This document shows, piece by piece, positions 19,799-28,217 of a stretch of 64,000 bases of DNA; position 1 is the stretch's first letter, and the number at the start of each line of letters is the position of its first letter. Under the pieces are notes generated by a model. It ran no database searches. It saw only the letters and a list, made by a program, of their open reading frames with translations, and was not told the origin of the DNA. This stretch comes from an uncultured Elusimicrobia bacterium (GTDB lineage: Bacteria; Elusimicrobiota; Elusimicrobia; 2-01-FULL-59-12). The DNA lies in assembly GCA_963702895.1 (NCBI GenBank), contig OY969767.1, positions 2,432,001-2,496,000 on the forward strand, written 5' to 3'. The translations under genes were made by a program, and so were the position numbers.

Positions 19799-21466
19799 TC
19801 AGAGCGCCCGAAGCGCCTCCAGAACCTGAGAGACGGTGAGAAACTCTGAAAGGAGGATGGGTTCTCCGCCGGGGCGGTACAAGGCGTAAAAAGGGATGCC
19901 GGCGCGGCCGTACTTCATCAGATAGCGGCCGATGGCAGGATCACGGTTAGTCCAGTCCGCTTTCATGAGGACCACGCGACGTTTCGCAAACTCTGACATG
20001 ACCCGCGCATCCGCCAGAACAAAGCGCTCGTTGTATTTGCAGGTCACACACCAGTCCGCTGTGACATCAACCAAGACAGGTCTTCCTTCGTTCAAATAGC
20101 GTGGAATGGCCGGTTCATCAAAGGCACCCCAAGTGGAACTGGCTTGGGCTTGCGCCGGGCGCTCCTTCTGCTGTTGATAGAGGACCCAGCCCAGCCAGGC
20201 CGCTGTGGCAAAAAGCAAGATGGCGAACCCTTTCTTGAGCGTGACCATCCAGGCCCCTGGCTTAGGGAGCCAACGGATGCTCTGGGGAAAGGCGGCAAGC
20301 GCGAGATACGGAAGTGCCATTCCCACCCCGACCGCCGTGAAGGTCATCAAGATGACGGAAGACGGCTGGGAAAGCGCGAAGCCCATAGCCGTTCCCAGGT
20401 AGGGAGCTGAGCAGGGTGTGGCGAGGAGCGTTGCCAAGAGTCCCGAAACAAAATGAGCGGGAAGCGTCTCGTGATAGCCATAGGACGTCGCGAAATGACC
20501 GAGGAAACGTGGCATTTGAATTTCAAAGACCCCCCACAGGTTCAACGCAAAAAAGAGAACGACCGCCATGAGAAAGGCGACAAAGACGGGGTTCTGGAAC
20601 TGGATTCCCCACCCAATCGCGTGTCCCGCCCGGCGGGCGAGGATCGCGACAAGGGCCAGGACCTCAAAGGAAACCAGGATCCCGGCAAAAGACGCCAGGG
20701 AACTTTTCACCACATCAGAGGAAGATTGCCCGGAGTGTTGGAGAAGTCCCGCGAGCTTGATGGAGAGCACGGGCAGCACGCAAGGCATCACATTGAGAAG
20801 CACGCCCCCCAAAAAAGCGAGGAGCAAGATGACGAGGAGCGATCCTTTCCTGTCCGTCCCTGGCTCCATGCCGACCCCTGGAAACTTCTCGAGGGTTGGC
20901 GCCCGCTTCATGATTTCCTCATCCGTCATGCTGCCGGCGGGGACTTTCCTGAGCGCTTCCTGGATCAGACGATCTGCTTCGGCGTCCGGGTGGGCGACGG
21001 GTCCCGCGGGCAAATCAAGGGTGAAGGTGTAGTCGTAGGCCACGCAAGAGGTATAACAGGTGAGATAGGACAGGTCCACGACGATGCGGACGCTGCCGCC
21101 AGTCAGTTTGGCCTTGATGGGATAGACCGTCTCGCCGTCGTAGCCAAATTCTTCGATGGGGCCTGGGAGGAGGATGCGCGTCGGGGCGGGCCAAAGAAGC
21201 CGGGCGTCGCGAAAGCCTCGGGACTCTTTCCACCGGAGGCGGGGAGGGTAACCGCTTTCTCCCGGCACCTTCCAGTAGAGATACCAGTCCGGGGCCGGCT
21301 TGAAATGCAGCCCCAGGAGGATCTCCCCAGAAGCCGGCACGGTATTCCAAGCGGAGACGAGCCTGACCGCTCCATGAGGATTGGATTGCCACTTTGTGGA
21401 AACAGCCTCGACGGTCCGAATGGCGGAGAGGGAGCACAGAAGAGCGAAGACGTAGCGTTTCGTCAC
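19799..21466 (-). CDS. dsbD: DsbD-family protein-disulfide reductase (N domain, TM domain, thioredoxin domain)
   Basis: LNVMPCVLPV, LATPCSAP, VTADWCVTCK, ADWT. Confidence 0.9.
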   Translation of the reverse strand: MTKRYVFALLCSLSAIRTVEAVSTKWQSNPHGAVRLVSAWNTVPASGEILLGLHFKPAPDWYLYWKVPGESGYPPRLRWKESRGFRDARLLWPAPTRILLPGPIEEFGYDGETVYPIKAKLTGGSVRIVVDLSYLTCYTSCVAYDYTFTLDLPAGPVAHPDAEADRLIQEALRKVPAGSMTDEEIMKRAPTLEKFPGVGMEPGTDRKGSLLVILLLAFLGGVLLNVMPCVLPVLSIKLAGLLQHSGQSSSDVVKSSLASFAGILVSFEVLALVAILARRAGHAIGWGIQFQNPVFVAFLMAVVLFFALNLWGVFEIQMPRFLGHFATSYGYHETLPAHFVSGLLATLLATPCSAPYLGTAMGFALSQPSSVILMTFTAVGVGMALPYLALAAFPQSIRWLPKPGAWMVTLKKGFAILLFATAAWLGWVLYQQQKERPAQAQASSTWGAFDEPAIPRYLNEGRPVLVDVTADWCVTCKYNERFVLADARVMSEFAKRRVVLMKADWTNRDPAIGRYLMKYGRAGIPFYALYRPGGEPILLSEFLTVSQVLEALRAL

Positions 21467-21810
21467 TGAAACAGGTGGTCTAATTTCTCTGGGGGGCGGG
21501 CGATGACGGCCCGATCCCCCAACACCACGACGGGGCGCTCGATCAGGATTGGGTTTTCATGGAGAACTTTGATCCACTCGGCACGTGAAAGGTCTTTATC
21601 CGCGAATTTCTCTTGGTAGAGCGGCTCTTTCTTCCTCAGAAGCATCTGAGGCTCAAGCTTGAGTTTCTTCAAGAGCGCGTCGAGTTCAGCAAGAGAAGGC
21701 GGCGTTTTGAGGTACTCAATGGCTGTGATGTCGGCGCCCTTCTTCTTGAGCGCCTTCATCACTTTCTGGCAGGTGCCGCATGTCGGCTTATGGTAGAGCG
21801 TGATTTTCAT
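21463..21810 (-). CDS. arsC: ArsC/Spx family arsenate reductase-like protein
   Basis: YHKPTCGTC, YLKTPP, LLRKKE, PILIERP, IARPPE. Confidence 0.85.
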   Translation of the reverse strand: MKITLYHKPTCGTCQKVMKALKKKGADITAIEYLKTPPSLAELDALLKKLKLEPQMLLRKKEPLYQEKFADKDLSRAEWIKVLHENPILIERPVVVLGDRAVIARPPEKLDHLFQ

Positions 21811-22028
21811 GGGTCTTATTGTGACAAATTTTATTGTAGGATCAACTCTGTGATTCATCGAATTCTGGCAACGACGGCGGTCTGGAGTATCGCCTCGGTT
21901 GTGACGATGCGGCTGCGCCACCCGATGGTGGGGCTCACGCTGGGAGCGCTGGCTGCTTATCTAACCTTCCTCATCTGGACCCCGCGGCATCCGAAATTAC
22001 CCTACGACTCCAATGGAGGATCAAACTA

Positions 22029-22946
22029 ATGTGGTTTACGCTGGCTGTCATTTTCGTTGTCATCATGATGGCGCTCGGATACAAGACTTGGTTTTCTCCA
22101 CGAGAACAACTCTTTCACACGGATGTTTTCATTCGCAGCCTCGCCAAATACTTCGCCATCGGGCTTTCGGTGGCTCTCTTGGCGACCTTCATCACAGATT
22201 CTGTTGTGATCGTCCCAGCCGGCAATCGAGGGGTGGTCTTTGACCGATTTAAAGGGGTGCGGCCCGTTTCGCTCAATGAAGGCCTCAATATGATCCTGCC
22301 TATTGTTCAAGATGCGACGCTTTTTGAGGTGCGTGTCCAAAAGGTGGAGTTTGACGCAACAGCCGCCTCCAAAGACCTCCAAAGCGTGCGCACCAAAATC
22401 GCGCTCAACTTCCACCCGATCCCGGAGCAGGTCCCGGAAATCTATCGTGCCTACGGGCTTGGCTACACAGAAAAGATTGTGCATCCCGCTGTTCAGGAAG
22501 CCGTGAAATCCGTCACCGCCCGCTACACCGCCGAGGAACTGATCACGCGGCGCGAAGAGGTCAAGGGCCATATTCACGACCAGCTGGTCAGGCATGTGGG
22601 GGCGGCGAACTTAAAACTCGTGGAAACCTACATTACGGATTTTGAATTCTCATCGGAATTCGCGCACGCGATTGAGGCCAAGCAAGTGGCCGAGCAGCAG
22701 GCCTTCAAGGCCAGGCGCGACTTAGACAGAATTAAGATTGAGGCGGAGCAGCGTATCGCCCAAGCACGCGCTGAGGCGGAGGGTCTCAAGATGCAACGGG
22801 AAGCGATCACCCCGCAGCTGATTGAACTTCGGAAAATCGACGCCCAGAAACTCGCCATTGAGAAGTGGGATGGCCGCATGCCCCAAGTCATCATGGGACA
22901 GGGTTCTACCCCCTTCATCGACGTTAATCGTTTTATCCAAAAATAG
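22029..22946 (+). CDS. SPFH/prohibitin family membrane protein
   Basis: AASKDLQ, YTAEELITRR, AIEAKQVAEQ, IEKWDG. Confidence 0.93.
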   Translation: MWFTLAVIFVVIMMALGYKTWFSPREQLFHTDVFIRSLAKYFAIGLSVALLATFITDSVVIVPAGNRGVVFDRFKGVRPVSLNEGLNMILPIVQDATLFEVRVQKVEFDATAASKDLQSVRTKIALNFHPIPEQVPEIYRAYGLGYTEKIVHPAVQEAVKSVTARYTAEELITRREEVKGHIHDQLVRHVGAANLKLVETYITDFEFSSEFAHAIEAKQVAEQQAFKARRDLDRIKIEAEQRIAQARAEAEGLKMQREAITPQLIELRKIDAQKLAIEKWDGRMPQVIMGQGSTPFIDVNRFIQK

Positions 22947-22986
22947 CGAAAACTTCGTTCACGAAACGGCCGTGGAAGGCGCTGAG

Positions 22987-23472
22987 CTCCCGGACCTGGG
23001 CGCCGCACGACCGGCGCTCGCCCGACTATAGTGTGTCGGGTGAACCTAGACGAAGTGCAAAACTCCCGGACTAGGATTCGAGCGCCACACTTCGGGCGCT
23101 CGCCCGACTGTTGTGTGTCGGGTGAACCTAGACGAAGTGCAAAACTCCCGGACTAGGATTCGAGCGCCACACTTCGGGCGCTCGCCCGACTGTTGTGTGT
23201 CGGGTGAACCTAGACGAAGTGCAAAACTCCCGGACTAGGATTCGAGCGCCACACTTCGGGCGCTCGCCCGACTGTTGTGTGTCGGGCGAACCTAGACGAA
23301 GTGCAAAACTCCCGGACTAGGATTCGAGCGCCACACTTCGGGCGCTCGCCCGACTGTTGTGTGTCGGGCGAACCTAGACGAAGTGCAAAACTCCCGGACT
23401 AGGATTCGAGCGCCACACTTCGGGCGCTCGCCCGACTGTTGTGTGTCGGGCGAACCTAGACGAAGTGCAAAA
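22987..23472 (-). repeat. tRNA-linked tandem array: five 82-bp units (23063-23472) plus one degenerate 76-bp unit, each containing the tRNA-Gln T-arm and 3' acceptor strand with a 44-bp T-loop insert
   Basis: ctcccggactaggattcga starts at 23063, 23145, 23227, 23309, 23391 and 23473 (the tRNA itself): period exactly 82. Confidence 0.95.
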
Positions 23473-23543
23473 CTCCCGGACTAGGATTCGAACCTAGACT
23501 AAGGGATTCAGAGTCCCTCGTGCTACCGTTACACAATCCGGGA
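23473..23543 (-). tRNA. tRNA-Gln(CTG), CCA not encoded
   Basis: TCCCGGA acceptor stem, GGTA D-loop, AGGGA-CT-CTG-AA-TCCCT anticodon arm, CTAGG-TTCGAAT-CCTAG T-arm, 71 nt. Confidence 0.96.
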
Positions 23544-23561
23544 GTTTTGCACTCCATATGC

Positions 23562-23580
23562 CAGAGTCCCTCGTGCTACC
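23562..23580 (-). repeat. 19-bp duplicate of the tRNA-Gln D-loop-to-anticodon segment, upstream of the tRNA
   Basis: cagagtccctcgtgctacc is identical to 23509-23527. Confidence 0.9.
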
Positions 23581-23589
23581 TAACCTTTA

Positions 23590-23706
23590 TCCTTCGACTC
23601 CGCACGCCCTGAGCGCAATCGAAGGACTCGTTCCGCTTAGGATGGTTCGGCTCGTATCACTGATGGTGAGCGAGGTCGCCAAACATCTGGCGACCGAGTC
23701 GAACCA
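23590..23706. repeat. Cluster of REP-like palindromes (TTCGA...TCGAA type)
   Basis: tccttcga...tcgaagga (23590-23626) and tggttcggctcg...cgagtcgaacca (23643-23706) with inner hairpin ggtcgccaaacatctggcgacc. Confidence 0.7.
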
Positions 23707-23727
23707 GACCCTCCGAAAGCATGACTC

Positions 23728-24144
23728 TTATGGTTTGATGATTTCCGGTCCTTTGCTCACGCCGGGCGGGATGATTATATCAGGGCCTTTTTTCTCCGTC
23801 GCCTTTTCGGCGGACGCCTCGGACTTGCGGACTTCGTCAGCAAAGTTGAGCTCCAGGTCGGACACCAGGTTGTCGAGCATCTCCTGTTCTTTGACGCTCA
23901 AGTTTCCTTCCGTCTTTTCCTGAAGCATGCGCAAGAACTCAATCGAGATGCGGGCCTGATCGATGTCCTTTTCGATCTTCTGGGTCACCGGATGGGGCAC
24001 TTTCCCCAGCTGCGCCCAGGCGGCAGACCCCAAGGACATCACCAGCGTCAAAAACCGGTAATCGTCCACAACGCTATCAGGCGGACGAGCGCCTGTTGTG
24101 TGGCGCTCGGCTTCTCCTGGCATTTCAATTTTTTCTTCTGACAC
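23728..24144 (-). CDS. DUF1844-like protein
   Basis: F..LVMSLGSAAWAQLGK..HP...DIDQAR..I..L.ML.EKTEGNL..E...L; GTG 24144 preceded by AAGGAGG. Confidence 0.85.
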   Translation of the reverse strand: MSEEKIEMPGEAERHTTGARPPDSVVDDYRFLTLVMSLGSAAWAQLGKVPHPVTQKIEKDIDQARISIEFLRMLQEKTEGNLSVKEQEMLDNLVSDLELNFADEVRKSEASAEKATEKKGPDIIIPPGVSKGPEIIKP

Positions 24145-24160
24145 AACCACCCTCCTTGCC

Positions 24161-24244
24161 GTCACCCCAGCGGATTGTGAGCCGGGGTCCATCGTTATTG
24201 GCGTAGGCATGATGGATCCCCCACTTACAGCCGTGGGGGATGAC
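24161..24244. repeat. CGTC-type palindromic element (intergenic, no nested insert)
   Basis: gtcaccccagc...gccggggtccatc...gatggatccccc...gggggatgac. Confidence 0.85.
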
Positions 24245-24246
24245 AC

Positions 24247-25731
24247 CTAGATTACTTTTGCCTGCAAAAGTTGTTGGGCCTTCTTAATACGCTCGAGCGT
24301 GCGTTTCTTTCCTAAAAATTCCACCATGTGCCAAAGGCTTGGCCCTTCCGTCCGCCCGGACACGCAAACGCGCAAGGGATGAAACACGGCACCGTTCTTG
24401 ACCCCTTTATCTTTGGCCAAGGTCTTGCATAGGTTCTCAATGCCCGGCACGTCAAAGGGCTCAAGCGCCGCCAGGCGCTTGACAAGTTCTTCGATGATCC
24501 CCGCAGCACCCTCGGCGCGAAGCACTTTGCCCACCGCCTCCTCTCGATACTCGTAATCATCCCAGAGAAGAAAATCCGTGAGCTTCGGAACATCCGAGAG
24601 CAGCTTGACTTTTTCGAGCTCGAGGGCGACCGCTGCCTCATAAGTGGACGCAGGCACAGCGGATATGTCTTTGCCCTTGTAGAAGGGTTCCGCCAGGGCA
24701 GCCAGTTCCCGAGCGGACGTTTTGCGGATGTATTCGCCGTTCATCCACAAAAGCTTCGTGGGATCAAAGGTCGCGGCGCTTTTGCCGCAGCGTTCAATCT
24801 GAAATTTTTCCACCATCTCTTGCTGCGTGAACAGCTGCTGGCTGTCTTCGGTCCCCCAGCCAAGAAGAGCGAGATAATTCAGCAGCGCGTTCGGGAGATA
24901 CCCCGCGTCCCGGTACTCCGTGACAGAGGTCGCGCCATGCCGCTTGGAGAGCCGGGCGCCATCGGAACCCAGGATCATCGCCAGATGCGCAAATTGTGGC
25001 ACCTGCCAGCCCAGCGCCTCGTAAACGAGCATCTGCCGCGGCGTGTTGGAGAGGTGGTCATCGCCGCGGATCACATGGCTGATCTTCATGAGATGGTCGT
25101 CCACCACGCAAGCGAAGTTGTAGGTCGGCACCCCCGTCGACTTGAGGACCACGAAATCTTCCATGAGAGCATTCTCAAAAACTTTGACGCCATGGATGAG
25201 ATCCGTAAAGCGCGTCTCGCCCACATGCGGGGTCTTAAAACGGATGGATTTCTTCCGCCCCTGGGCTTCCTTGGCTTTTCGCTCATCAGCGCTCAGGTTG
25301 CGGCACCTGCCGTCATACTTGGGAGGCCTTTTGGCAAGGAGCGCGAGCTCCCGCATTTTCTCCACTTCTTCTGGAGTGCAGTAACAGGGATAGGCAAACC
25401 CCTTCTTCAGCAGCTCGTCGCACGCGGCCCAATAGCCTGCCAGGCGTTGCATCTGATAGTAGGGACCATAGTCGCCCTTCACTCCTCTGCCATCGGCGGT
25501 TGGCCCTTCGTCCCAATCGAGGCCCAGCCACTTCATGGACTCGAGGATCCCGTTGACAGACTCATCTGTGGAGCGCACTTCATCGGTATCTTCAATCCGA
25601 AGAATGAACGTCCCCTGATGGTGACGGGCAAAGAGCCAGTTAAACAGGGCTGTACGCGCCCCGCCGATATGGAGGAAACCCGTGGGCGAAGGCGCAAACC
25701 GGACGCGGATAGACGGTTTATCCATAGACAT
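24247..25731 (-). CDS. gltX: Glutamate--tRNA ligase
   Basis: RFAPSPTG, HIGG, LRIEDTD, HVIRGDDH, RLSKR. Confidence 0.98.
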   Translation of the reverse strand: MSMDKPSIRVRFAPSPTGFLHIGGARTALFNWLFARHHQGTFILRIEDTDEVRSTDESVNGILESMKWLGLDWDEGPTADGRGVKGDYGPYYQMQRLAGYWAACDELLKKGFAYPCYCTPEEVEKMRELALLAKRPPKYDGRCRNLSADERKAKEAQGRKKSIRFKTPHVGETRFTDLIHGVKVFENALMEDFVVLKSTGVPTYNFACVVDDHLMKISHVIRGDDHLSNTPRQMLVYEALGWQVPQFAHLAMILGSDGARLSKRHGATSVTEYRDAGYLPNALLNYLALLGWGTEDSQQLFTQQEMVEKFQIERCGKSAATFDPTKLLWMNGEYIRKTSARELAALAEPFYKGKDISAVPASTYEAAVALELEKVKLLSDVPKLTDFLLWDDYEYREEAVGKVLRAEGAAGIIEELVKRLAALEPFDVPGIENLCKTLAKDKGVKNGAVFHPLRVCVSGRTEGPSLWHMVEFLGKKRTLERIKKAQQLLQAKVI

Positions 25732-25829
25732 AGGCGCTATTTTAACACACCCGCTAACTCGCCGGCGAAAGCGCGTTAGCTTGAACCTCTCTGACGCTTA
25801 ACATACGATATCGCATCCTGAGGAGCATC

Positions 25830-28217
25830 ATGACCATCACACCGCATTTTCGCCACTACCTGAGCCTCTTTTTGATGGCGATGAGCATCATTGTCTGGGA
25901 AATTTTGCTCACGCGCATCTACAGTGTGGTACTGTTCTACCATTTTGCGTTTATGGCTGTTTCGATTGCGATGTTTGGGCTCTCTATGGGCGCCGCTTGC
26001 GTCGCCCTGCAAAAAGTGGATCGTTCTTCAGAGTCTCCCCTGTCCGACCGTATGCTGGCAGCGCTCGGCCTGCTCACAGGGGTTCTCATGGTGCTGGCGA
26101 TCACGTTGCAGTTAAGCTTGCCCATCCCGCCCACACGCAATCCGTGGCAGCTCTTTGGGGTACTTTTCCGAACGTACGTGCTTTCATCGCTTCCGTTTTT
26201 CCCGGCAGGGGCTTTTATATGTCTATTGCTTACGCGCTCCAAGCAAGTGGGACGGCTCTATGCTGTGGATTTGATCGCCGCAGGGCTTGGATGCGCGCTG
26301 ATCCCCGTTCTTCTTTCAGTCTTCGGAGGCCCTGGGGCCACCCTGGTGGCAGCAGCGCTGGCCGGCGGTTCTGCTCTTTGTTTTCTCCCAAGGAAATCAC
26401 GCGCGTCCAGGGTGGCATGGCTTTTGGTCGTAGGGCTCTTGCTGGGGGCCTTGATCAACCGATCAGCCCAAGTCCTGCGCGTGCGTTGGCGGCACAACGG
26501 CCCGGTTCCTATCCCTTTATTTGAAAAATGGAACTCCTTTTCGCGCATTATGATCCAGCCGGGCGGGTCCAGCAATCTGAATTGGGGAGTTGAAGAGACC
26601 TGGAGACGTCAACTGACGCCGGCTCCTCAACTTCAGCTTGAAATTGACTCCGGGGCCGGGACCGCCATCACGCATTTTGACGGGAGACTGGAACCTCTTC
26701 GTTTTTTACAGTACGACATCACGTCGTTTGCTCATTACTTGCGGCCCCAATCCAAAGTGCTCATCATCGGGCCGGGCGGCGGCCGCGATGTGTTGGCGGC
26801 CTTAAGCTTCAAACAGGTCTCCGTGCATGCCGTTGAAGTCAACCCCTCTATTCTATACGCCGTCAATGACGTCTTCGGTGATTTCACGGGCCGCTTGAAC
26901 AAACGCCCCGACGTTCACTTCGTGGTTGATGAAGGCCGGAGCTACTTACATCACGAACAACAACCCTTTGACATCATCCAAGCCTCCCTTGTGGATACGG
27001 TGGCGGCCACGGCCTCTGGCGCCTATTCCTTTGTCGAAAACGGCCTCTACACCGTTGAAGCATGGCGGCTTTTTCTCCATCGGCTCACGCCGCGGGGCCT
27101 TCTGTCCTTTTCACGTTGGTATTTTGGGTCCACGACTTGGCCCGTGGAAGTGTGCCGCACGGTAGCGCTCGCCGCTGAAGCCCTCCGCCAGGAAAGCAAA
27201 AGACCTCAAGACCACATTCTGGTCATCCGCAACAGCAATTTGCGGCCGCCGAAAGAAGGCATCGCGACGGTCCTGGTCTCACGTGAACCCTTTTCATCTT
27301 CGGACTGGGCCAAAGCTTTTGAAACATGCCGGCGGCTCCATTGCGAAATCGCTCTGGCCAAGGGACAAGGGGAACCTCTGCTCGCGTCCATCGTCGGGAC
27401 CACCAACCCGCGCGCGCTGTACGCCGAACTTCCCTTGGACATCTCACCGCCCTCGGACAACAAACCTTATTTCTTTTTCCATGCAAGACTGCGGGATATT
27501 CTTCGGTTTCGTCAGAGCCCGCAATTCGGGGCCTCAGGCTTCAACTTGCCCGCCGTCCGCATTCTGGTCGAGTTAAGTTTGATTACGCTTGCTCTGTCCG
27601 CCCTCATGGTGGTTTGGCCCTACCGCATCCTAAGTCGCAGAACGTCTTGGGCGCCCGTGCCTGCTCGACGGTCTGTTGGGATGCCTTTCTATTTTGGACT
27701 GATCGGTCTTGCTTTTATGTTCCTTGAAATTGGGTGGATGCAGCGCTTCAGCCTTTTCCTTGGTCACCCAACCTATGGGTTCACTGTGATATTGCTGGGA
27801 CTTCTCGTCATGAGCGGTCTCGGGAGTTGGTGGGTCACTTCTACGAAGCTTTTGAGCGACCAATCGCGTCGGTGGATTCCATTGCTCCTCATTCCACTTC
27901 TGCTCATCTCCAATAGGGTGGTCCAGATATTTTTGCCACAGTGGATGGGATCTCCCCTGGAGGTCCGCATTCTAATTACGCTGCTTTCGATCAGTCCTCC
28001 GGCGATCGTGATGGGCATGTTTTTCCCCCTGGCCATGGCGCCTGCTCAGCGCTGGATGGCGGACCGGGTAGGATGGCTATGGGCCATCAACGGCGCCCTG
28101 TCGGTGACAGGCTCCGTGCTCGCGATGGTTTGTTCGTTGGCGTTCGGCATCAGCGGGACTCTAATGCTGGGAACGGGCGCTTATTTCTTGGCTGCGATCC
28201 TGCTTTTACTCCTCTAA
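25830..28217 (+). CDS. Membrane protein fused to a spermidine synthase-like SAM-binding domain
   Basis: TM blocks at both ends; VLIIGPGGGRDV, VEVNP, DEGRSY, DNKPYFF. Confidence 0.8.
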   Translation: MTITPHFRHYLSLFLMAMSIIVWEILLTRIYSVVLFYHFAFMAVSIAMFGLSMGAACVALQKVDRSSESPLSDRMLAALGLLTGVLMVLAITLQLSLPIPPTRNPWQLFGVLFRTYVLSSLPFFPAGAFICLLLTRSKQVGRLYAVDLIAAGLGCALIPVLLSVFGGPGATLVAAALAGGSALCFLPRKSRASRVAWLLVVGLLLGALINRSAQVLRVRWRHNGPVPIPLFEKWNSFSRIMIQPGGSSNLNWGVEETWRRQLTPAPQLQLEIDSGAGTAITHFDGRLEPLRFLQYDITSFAHYLRPQSKVLIIGPGGGRDVLAALSFKQVSVHAVEVNPSILYAVNDVFGDFTGRLNKRPDVHFVVDEGRSYLHHEQQPFDIIQASLVDTVAATASGAYSFVENGLYTVEAWRLFLHRLTPRGLLSFSRWYFGSTTWPVEVCRTVALAAEALRQESKRPQDHILVIRNSNLRPPKEGIATVLVSREPFSSSDWAKAFETCRRLHCEIALAKGQGEPLLASIVGTTNPRALYAELPLDISPPSDNKPYFFFHARLRDILRFRQSPQFGASGFNLPAVRILVELSLITLALSALMVVWPYRILSRRTSWAPVPARRSVGMPFYFGLIGLAFMFLEIGWMQRFSLFLGHPTYGFTVILLGLLVMSGLGSWWVTSTKLLSDQSRRWIPLLLIPLLLISNRVVQIFLPQWMGSPLEVRILITLLSISPPAIVMGMFFPLAMAPAQRWMADRVGWLWAINGALSVTGSVLAMVCSLAFGISGTLMLGTGAYFLAAILLLLL

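Noticed and set aside
22987..23472. CRISPR array
   Set aside because: Units are near-identical over all 82 bp with no unique spacers, derive from the adjacent tRNA, and no cas genes are present.
23063..23543. Prophage/genomic island attachment site or intron-containing tRNA genes
   Set aside because: No integrase or cargo lies between the tRNA-end copies, and the units lack D and anticodon arms, so they are not complete tRNAs.
23558..23923. 121-aa plus-strand ORF
   Set aside because: Composed of palindromic repeats and the antisense of the DUF1844-like gene.
24145..24246. N-terminal extension of the DUF1844-like ORF
   Set aside because: It is the intergenic palindrome read in frame; a strong RBS precedes GTG 24144.
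24247..25731. Claim that GltX is non-discriminating because tRNA-Gln is nearby
   Set aside because: Proximity is not evidence; this needs the genome-wide presence or absence of glnS and gatCAB.
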